Of a stretch of DNA of 64,000 nucleotides, positions 63,151 through 64,000 are shown piece after piece. The notes beneath the pieces are model-generated. The model was not told the DNA's origin. It was given only the letters and a program-made list of their open reading frames with translations, and made no database searches. How positions within the stretch are numbered: position 1 is the first letter of the stretch; every line of letters begins with the position of its first letter. Origin of the DNA: Bacilli bacterium (GTDB lineage Bacteria; Bacillota_I; Bacilli_A; RFN20; CAG-826); the NCBI GenBank assembly GCA_045615665.1, contig JAZLFJ010000003.1:7406-71405 (forward strand). Direction: 5' to 3'. The translations under genes and the position numbers were made by a program.

Positions 63151-64000
63151 TTAAATTAAGCCTGCTAATACATCAAGAGCCATTCCTGATGCAACTAGGA
63201 TAATTATTATCAACATTTGGAGTTTATTCTTCGCTTTGAAGAAGAGGATTGTTGCAACAGAAACAATAATGAAATCTAATCCAATTATTACATTGATAAT
63301 AGCAGGTTCACTGTTCGCATATGAAAATGCGGTATAGCGACACACCATCATGAGTGCGTTGAACAACGCTCCAATAAAAATATAGAGATGATCAATCCAT
63401 CTAATTTTAACTAATTCGGTTATGGATTTAGTGACTAACGATGAAATTAACATCGTTACAAAAACAATTGTCATTTGATGATAAGATATTACATCCGCAG
63501 GGACATCGCTTAATCTAAGTTTTACTATAAGTAATACGAAGGCAAACGAAATGGTTGAGATAGCGGCAAAAAGGACCCATAACCACTTTGTAGAAGGATT
63601 AATCTTCTTATTAAAAATAATAAAGACGAGCGAAGCTAGTAAAGAGGCAATTCCAAGGAAGTAGAAAACAATATTAAGCGGTTTTCCTCCGTTTGTAACA
63701 CTCATAAAAGTGAAGATTGAAAATAAAGTGTTGGAAGCGAACAAAATACCTGCCGCACAAAATGGAGCGAATGCTTCGAGGTGTAATCGTTTTATAGCAA
63801 GAAAATAAAAGAACCAATCAATTGCGGTTAACACTCCAATCAAAAGAATCCATAACCATTGCTCCAAACTTAAGGAGTACAAAGTTGGGACATGACCAAA
63901 TGCTAAAGAAATTAAAAAGCAAGCAATAACAATAAAGAAGGATTTGATTGTGGCATTGCTCAAAGCGCTGGCGTGGTTAGCGCCAAGACGATTGAAGATT
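63151..64000 (-). CDS. Polytopic membrane protein (DMT/EamA-like), probably truncated at its 5' end by the window
   Basis: The ORF-track start at 63963 is a TTG. The frame stays open to position 64000 (...IFNRLGANHASALSNATIK...). About 8 or more TM helices. Confidence 0.55.
   Translation of the reverse strand, partial: IFNRLGANHASALSNATIKSFFIVIACFLISLAFGHVPTLYSLSLEQWLWILLIGVLTAIDWFFYFLAIKRLHLEAFAPFCAAGILFASNTLFSIFTFMSVTNGGKPLNIVFYFLGIASLLASLVFIIFNKKINPSTKWLWVLFAAISTISFAFVLLIVKLRLSDVPADVISYHQMTIVFVTMLISSLVTKSITELVKIRWIDHLYIFIGALFNALMMVCRYTAFSYANSEPAIINVIIGLDFIIVSVATILFFKAKNKLQMLIIIILVASGMALDVLAGLI

Noticed and set aside
1-64000. Alternative genetic code: TGA read as Trp (as in Mycoplasma/Spiroplasma), or TAA read through given the in-frame TAA codons at 26.5-30.2 kb
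   Set aside because: TGA terminates folC and the 627-aa gene exactly at ATGA-coupled junctions. TAA is the normal terminator of many well-delimited genes here. Long ORFs with conserved motifs are obtained with the standard code.
1-64000. tRNA, rRNA, tmRNA and riboswitch elements (for example ssrA near smpB, a THF riboswitch near folT/folC, a pyr leader upstream of the permease)
   Set aside because: No cloverleaf or T-loop (GGTTCGAATCC-like) sequence was spotted in the intergenic regions. The folT-like gene is translationally coupled to folC, so there is no room for a leader. The permease leader is essentially absent (leaderless geometry). This was a manual scan only, so small RNAs could have been missed.

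Overview
Low-GC bacterial chromosome segment that uses the standard genetic code: TGA ends several translationally coupled genes, so this is not a code-4 mollicute. The gene content includes DegV, DAK2/YloV, a DUF285/BspA-type surface protein, many lipoproteins and an ECF FolT-like S component, and no wall-synthesis genes are seen. This suggests an Acholeplasma- or Erysipelotrichia-like organism, but the taxon cannot be fixed from sequence alone. No rRNA, tRNA or CRISPR array was found. Layout: (1) 1-18.5 kb is mostly housekeeping and envelope genes on the minus strand: folT-like, folC, smpB, a GT2, cls, an Sfp-type PPTase, a nucleobase permease, and a tightly coupled GDP-heptose-type operon (hddA, hddC::gmhB fusion, gmhA) continuing into an acyltransferase and gltS. 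(2) 18.6-48.3 kb is an accessory, conflict-type region. It holds an orphan HipA-like kinase, relBE, an EF-G paralogue, hipBA, an HTH-MNT fusion, a decaying cassette of sigma-region-4/alpha-CTD-like proteins, four AAA+DUF4143 ATPases, a DUF2779 nuclease, two large surface proteins, a Fic protein bracketed by repeats, an ArsR plus Cys-rich pair and a small Pol-beta NTase. (3) 48.4-64 kb is housekeeping again: rumA, a 5'-nucleotidase lipoprotein, DAK2, DegV, a TetR/lipoprotein/flippase-like operon, rarA, an endonuclease I lipoprotein and fba. The observations I rate highest: (a) the 3' end of rumA occurs three times (48.4, 44.9 and 42.9 kb), which points to integrase-less islands accreted in tandem at a rumA att site. 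(b) A translationally coupled cassette at 26.4-29.6 kb encodes a 73-aa protein, a 627-aa sigma70-region-4 protein and an HhH/sigma4-like protein, carries a frameshift and in-frame stops, and matches no system I can name. (c) 37-38 bp palindromic repeats flank the Fic gene on both sides. (d) Direct repeats with a 32-33 bp period lie upstream of two DUF4143 ATPases and of the EF-G-paralogue operon. (e) At least four genes have leaderless-type promoters (TATAAT, 6-7 nt, ATG). All family calls come from reading motifs in the translations; no database search was run.
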